DNA of 64,000 nt. Source: Actinomycetes bacterium (GTDB lineage Bacteria > Actinomycetota > Acidimicrobiia > Acidimicrobiales > RAAP-2). Positions 49,203-59,455 of the stretch are shown in pieces. Under the pieces are notes generated by a model that was not told the DNA's origin, did no database searches, and was given only the letters and a program-made list of their open reading frames with translations. The position numbers were made by a program, and so were the translations under genes. The stretch is from the NCBI GenBank assembly GCA_021781335.1, contig JAJXXA010000036.1:1246-65245 (forward strand). Direction: 5' to 3'. Every line of letters starts with the position of its first letter. Position 1 is the first letter of the stretch.

Positions 49203-50866
49203 GACGCCCCCTCGTATTCGTCGATGACCAACTGGTTCAGTGCGTCGTGCACGCGAACGTTCTCGTCTCGATCGGGCGTCGTGGCAACTATCACCGTGAG
49301 CCCCGCGTGCGAGAGGCCGCGCTCAATGGCGAGGCGAAGTTCGAGGACCGTCGTGACCCGGTGCGCAGTGTGTCCAAAAGCCGACGCGACAGCGACGAGG
49401 TCATGGCCACGAGGTGTGCCAAAGAGTTGCTCGAAACGCTCAGTTGCGAGCGCTGCAGCTTGGGGCAAGAACGAGAAGATTCCACCGCCCCGATTGTCGG
49501 CCACGACCAGCACGCACGTGCCGCCGACCTCACCGAGGCCGTCGACCAAGCCTGAGACGTCGTGCAACATGGTGAGATCGCCAATGAAACCGAGACCCTT
49601 TCCAGCCGCGCAGACGCCCAGGACAGTCGACACGACGCCATCGATCCCGTTTGTTCCTCGATTGGCGAAGGTTGCGCTCTGACGCGTCGGCGCCCACCAC
49701 TCAACGTCTCGAAACGGCATCGAAGACCCGATCACTAATGGAACGTGGTGCTCGGTACTCGCTTCGACAACGACACGGGCCACCAGCGGCTCGCTGAGCA
49801 CGTCGCTCTCTTTGGCGGTGCGTTCAACACACTCAGCGGCCGACACCGACGCGTGAGACCACATCAGTACGTACTCCTGATCGGCGAGCTGTTCGTCACC
49901 TTGGGGCAGACCCACGAACTGCTCGCTGATCAGACCGTCGGGGTCGGCTACATCGCCCGCGCCGAGGAAGGCCACCGTTCGAACATTCCATTCGCGAAGC
50001 CGTGACGACAACACTTTGGACGCGGGTAGGCCACCGAGACGAATCACGAGGTCGGGTCGCGCACGCTGGGCGAATTGGTCACTTCGAAGTAGTGCGTCAA
50101 AGTATGGAGTCGCTCCCTGCGCCGTGGCGTCTCCGAGCACCACCCAGTTCAACGCGATGCACTCGTCGATGACTGTTCGATCGACGCCCCGACCAACGAC
50201 GGCGAGCACTCGTTGACCAGCGAACTCTACGCGTGTCACCTCGACTAGCCGAGCACTCGACGAGCGCCAGGGTGCTCCGTTGACTCGCGCAACGGGCAAA
50301 TCGAGTGCGGCGCCGAGCAGCGGTTCACTGAACGCCGCGTTGAGGTGCACGGGGCCCGCTCGTCCCACCTCGCCCGACGCGCTCGACCAGAGTCGAGCGG
50401 CCAGCGGTCGCCAGGAACCCGACGCGTCGAGTCGCGCCACGCCCGGCTCTTCGAATCGACGGACCATGGTGCCATAGAGATCACGTTGAACGATTGTCTG
50501 AGGCGCACCGACACCGTGGAGCTCTGGGGGTCGGTCTGCCGTGATGACCAGTAGCGCCACATCCGAGAGGTCCGCTTCGGCTACCGCAGCGTGCAACTCC
50601 GCCGCAGCGGACCCGCTGGTCACAACAACTGCAACCGGGCGTCGGGTTACGAGCGCACGACCGAGAGCGAAGAATCCAGCACTTCGCTCGTCGATGCGCA
50701 CGTGCACGCGCAGCGCCGCGTTAGCGGCACACGCGACGGCGAGCGGGGTCGAGCGTGAACCTGGGCACACGACCACATCGCGTAGGCCACATCGTGACCA
50801 CTCATCGAACAGAGTCGTCGCGAAGGTGGCCTGCACGTCGGCCGGACTAGGTACGCTCTGTTGCAA
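49199..50866 (-). CDS. menD: SEPHCHC synthase
   Basis: CPGSRSTPL, IDERSAGFFALG, TADRPPEL, NRGTNGIDG, GDLTMLHD. AAGGAG SD before TTG 50866. Confidence 0.96.
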   Translation of the reverse strand: MQQSVPSPADVQATFATTLFDEWSRCGLRDVVVCPGSRSTPLAVACAANAALRVHVRIDERSAGFFALGRALVTRRPVAVVVTSGSAAAELHAAVAEADLSDVALLVITADRPPELHGVGAPQTIVQRDLYGTMVRRFEEPGVARLDASGSWRPLAARLWSSASGEVGRAGPVHLNAAFSEPLLGAALDLPVARVNGAPWRSSSARLVEVTRVEFAGQRVLAVVGRGVDRTVIDECIALNWVVLGDATAQGATPYFDALLRSDQFAQRARPDLVIRLGGLPASKVLSSRLREWNVRTVAFLGAGDVADPDGLISEQFVGLPQGDEQLADQEYVLMWSHASVSAAECVERTAKESDVLSEPLVARVVVEASTEHHVPLVIGSSMPFRDVEWWAPTRQSATFANRGTNGIDGVVSTVLGVCAAGKGLGFIGDLTMLHDVSGLVDGLGEVGGTCVLVVADNRGGGIFSFLPQAAALATERFEQLFGTPRGHDLVAVASAFGHTAHRVTTVLELRLAIERGLSHAGLTVIVATTPDRDENVRVHDALNQLVIDEYEGAS

Positions 50867-51618
50867 TGCCACTCCTTCGATACGACCGCCACGGCAGCGG
50901 CCCACCCCTTGTCTGGTTACACGGCTTCACCCAAACGCGATCCTCAGCGCACCAGTTCCGTACCATTCTGACAGGTACCCACGAACTCCTTACACCCGAC
51001 CTCCCAGGTCACGGCGACGCCGCCCGTATCATCGCGACCTTGGAAGAAACCGCCGATCTGCTGGTCGAGGCCCTCCCTCCAGATCCCTTCGCACTCGGTG
51101 GGTATTCCTACGGTGCGCGCGTGGCGCTGCATATCGCACTTCGCCACCCTCATCGCATCTCGCGACTGATAGTCCTCGGCGCGAGCCGCGGCATCCACGA
51201 CCGCAATGAGCGCGAGCTACGTCGCGAACGCGATGAAGCACTCGCCCAGCGCATCCTTGAGATCGGCACTCACGACTTTCTCGACGAGTGGCTCGCCCAG
51301 TCGATGTTCGCCTCACTACCGGCCGATGACCTCGAGCGTGCGGCGAGGAGCACCGATGCGCTCGGCCTCTCGAACTCACTTCGCTCCTCAGGGGCCGGCA
51401 CCCAGGAATGGCTGGGCGGGCAACTGTCGAGGATCAACGTGCCCACGCTCGCACTCGCGGGCGAACGTGACGAGAAGTTCACCATCGAGGCCCACGCCAT
51501 TGCCGAGGAGGTGCCTAATGGCACGTTCCACGCACTCGCGAACGCCGGCCACGCGGCACATCTCGAACAGCCCGTCTCCGCCGCGCTGGCCGTGCAGTCC
51601 TTCTTGCTCAGCGCGTAA
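50866..51618 (+). CDS. menH: SHCHC synthase (alpha/beta hydrolase)
   Basis: WLHGFTQ, DLPGHG, GYSYGAR, AGERDEKF, AGHAAHLE. Inside the men cluster. Confidence 0.88.
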   Translation: MPLLRYDRHGSGPPLVWLHGFTQTRSSAHQFRTILTGTHELLTPDLPGHGDAARIIATLEETADLLVEALPPDPFALGGYSYGARVALHIALRHPHRISRLIVLGASRGIHDRNERELRRERDEALAQRILEIGTHDFLDEWLAQSMFASLPADDLERAARSTDALGLSNSLRSSGAGTQEWLGGQLSRINVPTLALAGERDEKFTIEAHAIAEEVPNGTFHALANAGHAAHLEQPVSAALAVQSFLLSA

Positions 51619-52477
51619 CGAAGAAGGTGGCGGTCAACAACCCGCCCAAGGCCAGCTGTGTGCGTGCCGACGCCTGCAGAAGCGGCAAGAGCTCGCGACC
51701 ACTTCGCGGCGAGAACGCCATCCGCAGGGCTGGTACGTACAAGACCAGGGCAACCAAGCCAATCACCGCCTCGCCTCCGACAACCATGGCGAGCGCGACC
51801 GCAACGACGCACACCGCGTAGAGCCATGACGCTCGTTTGCGTCCGAGACGCGCCGCGAGCGTCTTCTTGCCCGCATTCTGGTCGCCCTGGACATCACGGA
51901 GGTTGTTTGCTTCGAGCAACGCGCAGGCCATAGCACCCGTCGCGAGTCCGAACCACCATGACGAACCCGGGATGCTTCGGTGTTGGACATAACTCGAACC
52001 CACCGTCGCGACGAAACCGAAATAGATCATGACGAAAAGTTCGCCAAACCCGTAGTAGCCGTACGGCCGTGGGCCCCCGGTGTAGAACCAACCCGCAAGA
52101 ATTGCCGTCACACCGAGTGCGACGAGCCACCACGACGTGCGCGACGCCAACGCGAGTCCCGCGACCGCCCCAAGTGCGAACGAACCCCAGGCCGCGTACT
52201 TGACCAGCCGAGGCGCCACGAGTCCTGACGCGGTCAAGCGAAACGGACCTACGCGCACCGTGTCGGTTCCGCGCACGCCGTCTGAATAGTCATTGGCGTA
52301 ATTGGTCCCGATCTGCAACGCGAGCGCCACGACAATGCAGAGCACCGAGTTCAGCCAATTGATTGACGCGGGACGTACGAGTGAAGCACCCACCACGACT
52401 GGTACGAGCGCGGCGGGCAAGGTCCGTGGTCGAGCGGCGAGCACCCACCGTCGAACCGGCCCTGGTGCCTCGCTCAT
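51608..52477 (-). CDS. menA: DHNA polyprenyltransferase
   Basis: [37 protein letters not shown]. Confidence 0.96.
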   Translation of the reverse strand: MSEAPGPVRRWVLAARPRTLPAALVPVVVGASLVRPASINWLNSVLCIVVALALQIGTNYANDYSDGVRGTDTVRVGPFRLTASGLVAPRLVKYAAWGSFALGAVAGLALASRTSWWLVALGVTAILAGWFYTGGPRPYGYYGFGELFVMIYFGFVATVGSSYVQHRSIPGSSWWFGLATGAMACALLEANNLRDVQGDQNAGKKTLAARLGRKRASWLYAVCVVAVALAMVVGGEAVIGLVALVLYVPALRMAFSPRSGRELLPLLQASARTQLALGGLLTATFFVTR

Positions 52478-53388
52478 GGACGTTTGGGGAACTTCGAGAA
52501 ATCAGGCTTACGATGCTCCACGAAGGCATTACGACCCTCTTGACCCTCTTCGGACATGTAGAAGAGCATGGTCGCGTCACCCGCCAACTGCTGAACGCCC
52601 GCGAGACCGTCCTCGGCGGCGTTGAATCCCGCCTTCAGCATTCGCAGTGCGATCGGTGACAGCGTGAGGATCTGTCGACACCACGCGATCGTCTCTCGTT
52701 CGAGTTGCGCAAGTGGCACCACGGTGTTGACGAGTCCCCATTCGAGAGCCTGGTTCGCGTCGTACTGACGACAGAGGAACCAGACCTCTTTGGCGCGCTT
52801 GAGGCCAATCGTGCGTGCGAGCAGCGATGACCCGTACCCTCCATCAAAAGAGCCCACGCGCGGTCCGGTCTGGCCGAATCGGGCGTTGTCTGCGGCGATG
52901 GACAAGTCACACACCAAATGCAGGATGTGTCCTCCTCCGATGGCGTACCCCGCTATCTGGGCGATGACGGGCTTGGGTAGGCGTCGGATCTGTATCTGCA
53001 GGTCCAATACATTGAGTCGTCCAACACCGTGGCGTGCCACATCGTCGTCGCCAATGTAGCCGTCGTCGCCACGGATCTTCTGGTCACCACCGGAACAGAA
53101 TGCGTCGGGTCCGGCACCCGTGAGGATGATGGCACCGACCGTGATGTCGTCGCGCGCCCGTTCGAACGCATCGGACAACTCAAACAGTGTCTGGGGGCGA
53201 AAGGCGTTGCGTCGCTCGGGTCGATTGATCGTGATGCGCGCAATCCCCTCGCCCACCTCGTAGATGATGTCGCCGTACTCGCCGCGAACTTCCCAGTTCG
53301 GAAGTGGCCACGAGCGATACTCCTCGACCGGGTCTAGTGGTGAGCCGTGAATAACAGTGTCAGACATGTCATCCACGCTATCGCCCAC
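52474..53388 (-). CDS. menB: 1,4-dihydroxy-2-naphthoyl-CoA synthase
   Basis: [34 protein letters not shown]. Confidence 0.97.
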   Translation of the reverse strand: MGDSVDDMSDTVIHGSPLDPVEEYRSWPLPNWEVRGEYGDIIYEVGEGIARITINRPERRNAFRPQTLFELSDAFERARDDITVGAIILTGAGPDAFCSGGDQKIRGDDGYIGDDDVARHGVGRLNVLDLQIQIRRLPKPVIAQIAGYAIGGGHILHLVCDLSIAADNARFGQTGPRVGSFDGGYGSSLLARTIGLKRAKEVWFLCRQYDANQALEWGLVNTVVPLAQLERETIAWCRQILTLSPIALRMLKAGFNAAEDGLAGVQQLAGDATMLFYMSEEGQEGRNAFVEHRKPDFSKFPKRP

Positions 53389-54963
53389 TCACACGGGAGA
53401 CATCAGGAGGCCCGGCACCGCTCGCTCACCTGGGCGCCGCTCGTGCTCGACGAGTTGTTCGTGCAGCTGCGCTTGCGCCTGCGCGTAATGGGCCTCGCCA
53501 AATCGATTCACCCGCTGGAGGGGGTCATCACCCAGGTCATACAGCTCGCCTTCGGTCCCTTCGTGCAGCGTCCCTCGGCCGTACTCGGTGTACAAATATT
53601 CACGCGTGAGTACTGAACGCACGTGCACGTCCACGCCAAAGATCGATGAGTCCCATTCGGTGATGGTCGACGAGAACGACCGCTCCTCGGCGTCGAGGTC
53701 ACTCACGGGCAGCGCTGCCCCCTCCACCCAGTGCGGCTGCGTTTGTCCAGCGACTTCGAGGAAGGTCGCGGCGAGCGAGACGAGACTCACCGGCGCGCTG
53801 ACGACGCTGGGCGCGGTGGCGCTCGAACGCGCGGGACGCCAGATGAGCGGAAGACGCATCAATGCGTCCACGTGATACGGGCCCTTGAACAAGAATCCGA
53901 AGTCTCCCTGGAATTCCCCATGGTCGGTCGTGAAGATCACGTCAACGTCGTCGCCCCAACCCTTCGCGTCAACCGCTTTGAGCACTCGTCCGATGGCCTC
54001 GTCGATCAACTCGACCTCAACAGCGTTCAGGGCATTCACTTCACGCACTTGGTCAGCCGTCAAGGTTGCCGGCACCCACTTGGCCGGCGCTTCAAAATTC
54101 GACACGAGCGTGCCGTCGTACCACGCGCGCCAATGGCGTGCTTTCACGTCGATCAGCGCCTCGCGCTGGTCGGCCTTTTCTGGATAGTTCGCGGGCAGTG
54201 GCACGTCGCGCCACGCGACTCGTCCCACTTCGCTCTTGGGCGGATCCCAGGGATGATGGGGGTCGGGAAAACTCATCCAGCAGAACCAGTCCTGGTCTAC
54301 GCCTTGTCGGTTCAACCACTCGATCGTTCGCTCCGCCACCCAGTCGGTGTGATACCACCCTCGCGGTACCTTGTTGTAACCCAACTGCGGCGCACCGGTC
54401 TCACCGCCGCCTGCAGCGTTGACGTTGAATTCCTTGTCGAGCACCGGGTAGAAGTACTGCACCGCTTCAGGGTGGTGATCTCGCAGCCACTTACTGTAGT
54501 GAAGCTGACCCGATGGTCCGTGCGTCGCGAGCTCCATGTAGTCAAACCCGCGGTGAACACCCCGTCGCCCGTCGTACCAGTCCTGTTCGATCGTCGCGAC
54601 TCCGAGGTTGGCCATGGCGTTCTCCGCGTAGCGACCGAACGGATCCATGAACGGCTCGAAGTGCGCCTTGCCGATGAGTGCTGTGGCGTAGCCCGCGTCG
54701 TGAAGATTCTCCGCAACACTGGGTGCCGTCACGGCCAGGGGAACGCCGTTCATCCACGCGCCGTGCATCGACGGATACTGGCCCGTGAGCATCGAAGCCC
54801 GCGATGGCATACACACCACCGATGTTGGTTGACAACGTTCGTAGCGAATGCCTTCACGCGCGAGCGTATCGAGGACGGGCGTGCGAGAGAGGATTCCTCC
54901 GTTTACTCCAATCGTGTCGTATCGCTGCTGATCTGTTGTGATGAACAAGATCTTGCGCCCCAC
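53389..54963 (-). CDS. Cys-type (formylglycine) sulfatase family hydrolase
   Basis: ILFITTDQQR, CMPSRASMLTG, GKAH, DPHHP, TTDHGE, ELYDL. Confidence 0.93.
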   Translation of the reverse strand: MGRKILFITTDQQRYDTIGVNGGILSRTPVLDTLAREGIRYERCQPTSVVCMPSRASMLTGQYPSMHGAWMNGVPLAVTAPSVAENLHDAGYATALIGKAHFEPFMDPFGRYAENAMANLGVATIEQDWYDGRRGVHRGFDYMELATHGPSGQLHYSKWLRDHHPEAVQYFYPVLDKEFNVNAAGGGETGAPQLGYNKVPRGWYHTDWVAERTIEWLNRQGVDQDWFCWMSFPDPHHPWDPPKSEVGRVAWRDVPLPANYPEKADQREALIDVKARHWRAWYDGTLVSNFEAPAKWVPATLTADQVREVNALNAVEVELIDEAIGRVLKAVDAKGWGDDVDVIFTTDHGEFQGDFGFLFKGPYHVDALMRLPLIWRPARSSATAPSVVSAPVSLVSLAATFLEVAGQTQPHWVEGAALPVSDLDAEERSFSSTITEWDSSIFGVDVHVRSVLTREYLYTEYGRGTLHEGTEGELYDLGDDPLQRVNRFGEAHYAQAQAQLHEQLVEHERRPGERAVPGLLMSPV

Positions 54964-54974
54964 TACTTACACCC

Positions 54975-55367
54975 CTATTTCGACCCCTCAGCGTGGTGCT
55001 TGATCTCCGCAAGCGCCTCCGCTGTTGCCCCGGCGATGATCAGGGCGAGCGCATCAGGTTCGGCGGTTGTCGAATAGACACACAGTGTGTCGTTCTCACC
55101 AAGAGCAATCACGTCAATTGTTCCTAAATGAAATGTATACAACGGAGCGGTGATCCGGTACGCAAATCGGCGAAGAATCGGGTCAACCGCAAGAATCTTC
55201 TCAGGAATCTCCATCCCGTTCTTGGTCTTTAAAACCCGGGTGCTGCCGTCGACGGTGCACGACTCGACTCCGGGGAACCACTCGGGGATCTCCGTGGGGT
55301 CCTTGATGATGTCCCACACCACGTCGGCCGCGGCCGCGATACGGACTTCGTGTCGAAGTGACGCCAC
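54975..55367 (-). CDS. SRPBCC / polyketide-cyclase family protein
   Basis: IAAAADVVWDII..IPEWFPGV START-like pattern; AAGGAG SD. Confidence 0.8.
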   Translation of the reverse strand: MASLRHEVRIAAAADVVWDIIKDPTEIPEWFPGVESCTVDGSTRVLKTKNGMEIPEKILAVDPILRRFAYRITAPLYTFHLGTIDVIALGENDTLCVYSTTAEPDALALIIAGATAEALAEIKHHAEGSK

Positions 55368-55422
55368 GATGCTCCTTTTGCTCGGTTTAGGACAACCTAG
55401 TGCGTACGCCTAAGGTCGACGT

Positions 55423-56532
55423 GTGCATTCACTGCTCGCCATCGACCTCCCGCTCGGTCCCGCACTTGAAGAGGCCATCAGAGACTGCGTGAGTCGGCGC
55501 ACGGCGTTTTGCGTGTTGGACCAGAGGGTCTCACACTCGCGCCGAGCCCTCGAACTCTCCCTTCTTGGCGCCACTGTGGTCCTCGACGACGACGGCCGTC
55601 ATCAAATTTCGACTGGTCAGACCGTGGACGACGAGATCGGTCTCGTGATGCTGACGTCTGGTTCCAGTGGCACGCCCAAAGCTGCCGAGTTGACGTGGGT
55701 CGCCCTCGAGGCCAGTGCAGTCCTCACTCAGGCGACCTTACGCGGCGATGGCGCGCCCGCGTGGTACCCGTGTCTGCCGGCGAACCACATCGGAGGCCTC
55801 GCCGTACTACTACGCGCCATCTTCGACGACGCCACGCTCGTCTGGGGACCAGCCGACGAACTCGATCGAGCGCCATCACTCGGTGCAACCCATATCGCCG
55901 TCGTACGAACCCAGCTCGCGAGGTTCGATCTCAGTCGATTCTCCAGGGTCCTCGTCGGCGGCGCTCGACCACCCGACACACGCAGTGACAACGTCATCGC
56001 CACCTGGGGCATGACCGAGACCGGCTCGGGCGTTGTCTATGACGGAGTCCCCCTTCCCGGCGTCGAGGTCGCGAGCGTCGACGGCGAGATCATTGTGCGA
56101 AGCCCGACGCTCTTTCGCTCCTATCGAAACGCACCGCGCCCGGCGGCCGTCGGCCCTGACGGCCGGCGTGACTGGTTCCCAACGGGCGACGCCGGCAGTG
56201 TTGACGACGGTCGAGTATCGATACGTGGGCGACTCGGGTACGTCATCAACACTGGCGGAGAGAAAGTGTGGCCCGAGGACCTCGAATCGGTCCTCGCCGG
56301 TATCGAAGGAATTCACGATGTCGCCGTCACGAGTCTTCCCGATCCAGAGTGGGGCGAACGAGTCGTGGCGCTGGTCGTTGGTGGCGATGAGGTGAGCGAC
56401 GACGTCATCAACGATCGGGCGAGTGAACTCATCGGTCCGTGGGCCAAGCCCAAGGTGATCAGGCGCGTGCGCGATATCCCTCGCACGAGCAACGGCAAGA
56501 TTCGTCGAGGCGAGCTCCCCGACCTCGCCTAA
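55423..56532 (+). CDS. menE: O-succinylbenzoate--CoA ligase
   Basis: TSGSSGTPK, HIGG, TWGMTET, TGD, INTGGEKV, TSNGK. Next to the men cluster. Confidence 0.85.
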   Translation: MHSLLAIDLPLGPALEEAIRDCVSRRTAFCVLDQRVSHSRRALELSLLGATVVLDDDGRHQISTGQTVDDEIGLVMLTSGSSGTPKAAELTWVALEASAVLTQATLRGDGAPAWYPCLPANHIGGLAVLLRAIFDDATLVWGPADELDRAPSLGATHIAVVRTQLARFDLSRFSRVLVGGARPPDTRSDNVIATWGMTETGSGVVYDGVPLPGVEVASVDGEIIVRSPTLFRSYRNAPRPAAVGPDGRRDWFPTGDAGSVDDGRVSIRGRLGYVINTGGEKVWPEDLESVLAGIEGIHDVAVTSLPDPEWGERVVALVVGGDEVSDDVINDRASELIGPWAKPKVIRRVRDIPRTSNGKIRRGELPDLA

Positions 56533-57317
56533 CCCACGCCTCCCGAGGGTTGCGTGGTGGTGCCTCCGTCGACGACGAAGGTCTGGCCGGTGATCCACGA
56601 CGCGCCGTCGCTCATCAAGAAGAGAGCCATCGCCGCGATGTCACTCGCTTCGCCGAGGCGATGCAGCGGGATGTGGTCTCGAAGCGAAGTTTCATTCGCC
56701 TCCCAGATACCTCTCGCCAACTCGGTACGCACGAGCCCCGGTGCAATGGCGTTCACACGAACCCGTGGCGCCAACTCCCAGGCGAATTGCTTCGTGAGGT
56801 GAGCCACCGCCGCTTTAGTTGCGTTGTACCAGCCAATTCCGGGCTCGGGCGCCAGTCCACCGATCGAGGCAATGTTCACCACGACGCCGCCGTGCTCTGC
56901 CATCCACTGATGCCAGGCCGCCGAGGTGTGGGTGACGATGGACGCTTGGTTTACCTCGTACGTCTTTTGCATTCGAGCATCGTCAATATCGACGAGTGGC
57001 CCAAAATATGGATTCGTGCCGGCGTTGTTGACGAGAACATCAAGGCGACCGAAACGCTCCAGCGCACTCTCGACGGATCGAGTGGCGTCCTCTCGTGAGC
57101 CAACGTGCGCCACCAGCGTATGAACACGATCGACGTCGTGAAACGTGACCAGCGCGCGTGCCAAGTTCTGCTCGCTTCGAGACGTGATCAGTACTCTGCC
57201 GCCCGACGCAACGACACCCTGGGCGATGGCGAGACCGATGCCACGGCTCGCGCCCGTGACGAGCGCGACTCGACCCTCTAGGTCGATGTCACCACTCGAC
57301 ACGGGCTCTGCGACCAC
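56529..57317 (-). CDS. Short-chain dehydrogenase/reductase
   Basis: TGASRGIG, NNAG, YNATK, RVNAIAPG, WITGQTFVVDGG. Confidence 0.93.
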   Translation of the reverse strand: MVAEPVSSGDIDLEGRVALVTGASRGIGLAIAQGVVASGGRVLITSRSEQNLARALVTFHDVDRVHTLVAHVGSREDATRSVESALERFGRLDVLVNNAGTNPYFGPLVDIDDARMQKTYEVNQASIVTHTSAAWHQWMAEHGGVVVNIASIGGLAPEPGIGWYNATKAAVAHLTKQFAWELAPRVRVNAIAPGLVRTELARGIWEANETSLRDHIPLHRLGEASDIAAMALFLMSDGASWITGQTFVVDGGTTTQPSGGVG

Positions 57318-57323
57318 TGAGAA

Positions 57324-58577
57324 TTACCTCGAAGCACTATTTCGTCGAGCGACCGAGTCAACCGTCACTGCAGCGAGCAGCACGACGCCGGTCACCACGT
57401 ACTGGGTTGACGCGCTCATGCTCAACAAGGCCATGCCGTTGTAGATGGTGGCAATAATGAGTCCACCCACTACAGCGTGGATCATCTTGCCACGGCCGCC
57501 GAAAAGACTCGTGCCACCAATGACCGCCGCGGCGATCGCGTACAGAGTCAGCGTGCTCGGCGGGCCATCATTCACGCCGTTGAGTTGCGAGACGTATAAG
57601 AGCCCCCCAATGCCGCCCGTAACCCCGGTGAGGACGAAGGCGAGCAGTCGATAACGGTTCACTCGCACACCCGCTCGACGAACTGCTTCACTGTTGCCAC
57701 CAATGGCGTTGATGTAGCGACCCGCCTTGGTCCTGGTGAGAATGAACGTCCCGATGACCAGGACGCCGATGTCAATCGGGATGGCGAAGGGCATACCACG
57801 AAGTTCGATGAACGTCCCACGGTTGGCGTCGAAAATCTTCGCGAGGATGACACCGACGGCGATCAACAGGACCACCTTGGTGATCACGTACGCGAGCGGC
57901 TCGGTGACCAGTCCACTCGCGCGACGATTCATGTCGCGCTTGATGATCCGATAACACATGATCGCAACTCCGGCGATCGCTAATATCCAGGTCCACAGGG
58001 GCGTCAAGTTCCCGTAGACGAGGTTGTAGAGCACCTTTTCGTGCACGGGAATGGTGCCGCCAGTGCCTTGAGAGTCAACGACATAGATCAACACTCCCTG
58101 GAACGCGAGGAAACCCGCCAAGGTGACGATGAAAGAAGGCACGTTCAAGCGCACCACGACCATCCCATAGAGAGCACCAATGAGCGTAACGACGAGAATC
58201 CCTGCGGGCAACGCAAAGAACCACGAGACGTGGAACTGCGGATCGACCAAGATGACCGCGACCGCACCTCCCAACACTGACGTGATACCAATCGACAAGT
58301 CGATCTCACCCAGGAGCAACACCCAGATCTCAGCCATTCCGAGCAGGATGAAGATCGTCGCCTGCACGAAGAGATTGACAAGATTGCCCGAAGAGAGAAA
58401 TGCCGCGTTTCGAATTTGGAAGTAGGTGACGAGGAGCAACAAACCAACGACCACCGGCACCATGCCACTGTCGCCCTGGCGCAAACGCTTGTACAGGTTT
58501 CCGATCAGATTGGATGCCGAGTTAGGGTCCTCGTTTGATACGTGAAGTGTCGGGTCTTCGACATGAGGGGCAGACAA
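57324..58577 (-). CDS. Sugar ABC transporter permease (XylH-like)
   Basis: LLGEIDLS, VPSFIVTL, AIGGNSEA, AIAAAVIGGTSLFGG. Confidence 0.92.
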   Translation of the reverse strand: MSAPHVEDPTLHVSNEDPNSASNLIGNLYKRLRQGDSGMVPVVVGLLLLVTYFQIRNAAFLSSGNLVNLFVQATIFILLGMAEIWVLLLGEIDLSIGITSVLGGAVAVILVDPQFHVSWFFALPAGILVVTLIGALYGMVVVRLNVPSFIVTLAGFLAFQGVLIYVVDSQGTGGTIPVHEKVLYNLVYGNLTPLWTWILAIAGVAIMCYRIIKRDMNRRASGLVTEPLAYVITKVVLLIAVGVILAKIFDANRGTFIELRGMPFAIPIDIGVLVIGTFILTRTKAGRYINAIGGNSEAVRRAGVRVNRYRLLAFVLTGVTGGIGGLLYVSQLNGVNDGPPSTLTLYAIAAAVIGGTSLFGGRGKMIHAVVGGLIIATIYNGMALLSMSASTQYVVTGVVLLAAVTVDSVARRNSASR

Positions 58578-58595
58578 GAGATGACTACCTTTCGA

Positions 58596-59444
58596 TTAAG
58601 AGCTTGGAGCAAGCGTGGTGGGCACTCGACTGGACTGACCAGTCGTGATGAGTTCTACGGCACTGTTCGTGTCGTAGTCAGAAATGGGACCATTGCTGAC
58701 GAGGCTTCCCAAGTGCATGACGGCAATGCGGTCTGCAACGCTGAAGACGTCATTGAGGTTGTGAGAAATTACGAGCACGGCAATGCCTCGTGATGAGAGC
58801 GTTCGAATGAGTTCGAGAACTTGTCTGGTCTGAGAAACACCGAGTGCCGCCGTTGGTTCGTCAAGGATGACCAACCGCGAATCTCGCATGACGGCGCGAG
58901 CAACGGCAATGGCTTGTCGCTGACCACCCGAAAGTGACGCGACGAGTTGACGAACAGACTTGACCGTCGACACCGAGAGGTCCTTCAAAAGCTGATTGGT
59001 AGCCAATTCCATTTTGATCTCATCGAGCGTGCCGAACTTCGTCTCTTCTCGACCGAGGTACATGTTCTGGACTATGTCGAGATTGTCACAGAGCGCGAGG
59101 TCCTGGTACACGGTGGCGATTCCGAGCGCAGTCGCGCTTCGCGGCGAGTGCTCGTGAATCTCTTCGCCCTTCCAGAAGATCTTGCCTTCGGAAGGGGGCC
59201 AGATGCCAGAAATGGTCTTGATGAGAACTGACTTACCGGCACCGTTGTCGCCAATAAGCGCGGTGACCTGACCGTCAGGTATGTCCAGATTGACACCCTG
59301 GATTGCCTGCACGGGGCCGAAATTCTTCGACACACCGCGCAGGCTCAACAGGGGTACTGAAGATGGTGCCACCCCCGAGCCGCTTTGCTCGGAAGGTCCC
59401 TGGGGGGACGTTGGGAGGTTGGGCGATTCGGGGGTGGTATCCAT
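58596..59444 (-). CDS. Sugar ABC transporter ATP-binding protein (single domain)
   Basis: GDNGAGKS, VYQDLAL, LSGGQRQ, LDEPTAALG. Confidence 0.94.
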   Translation of the reverse strand: MDTTPESPNLPTSPQGPSEQSGSGVAPSSVPLLSLRGVSKNFGPVQAIQGVNLDIPDGQVTALIGDNGAGKSVLIKTISGIWPPSEGKIFWKGEEIHEHSPRSATALGIATVYQDLALCDNLDIVQNMYLGREETKFGTLDEIKMELATNQLLKDLSVSTVKSVRQLVASLSGGQRQAIAVARAVMRDSRLVILDEPTAALGVSQTRQVLELIRTLSSRGIAVLVISHNLNDVFSVADRIAVMHLGSLVSNGPISDYDTNSAVELITTGQSSRVPTTLAPSS

Positions 59445-59455
59445 GCTTCTACCGA

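Noticed and set aside
53731-55077. Long plus-strand ORF (448 aa), and similar antisense ORFs such as 8829-9788, 21129-22148 and 35503-36285
   Set aside because: They are shadows of well-supported opposite-strand genes in GC-rich DNA and have no recognisable motifs.
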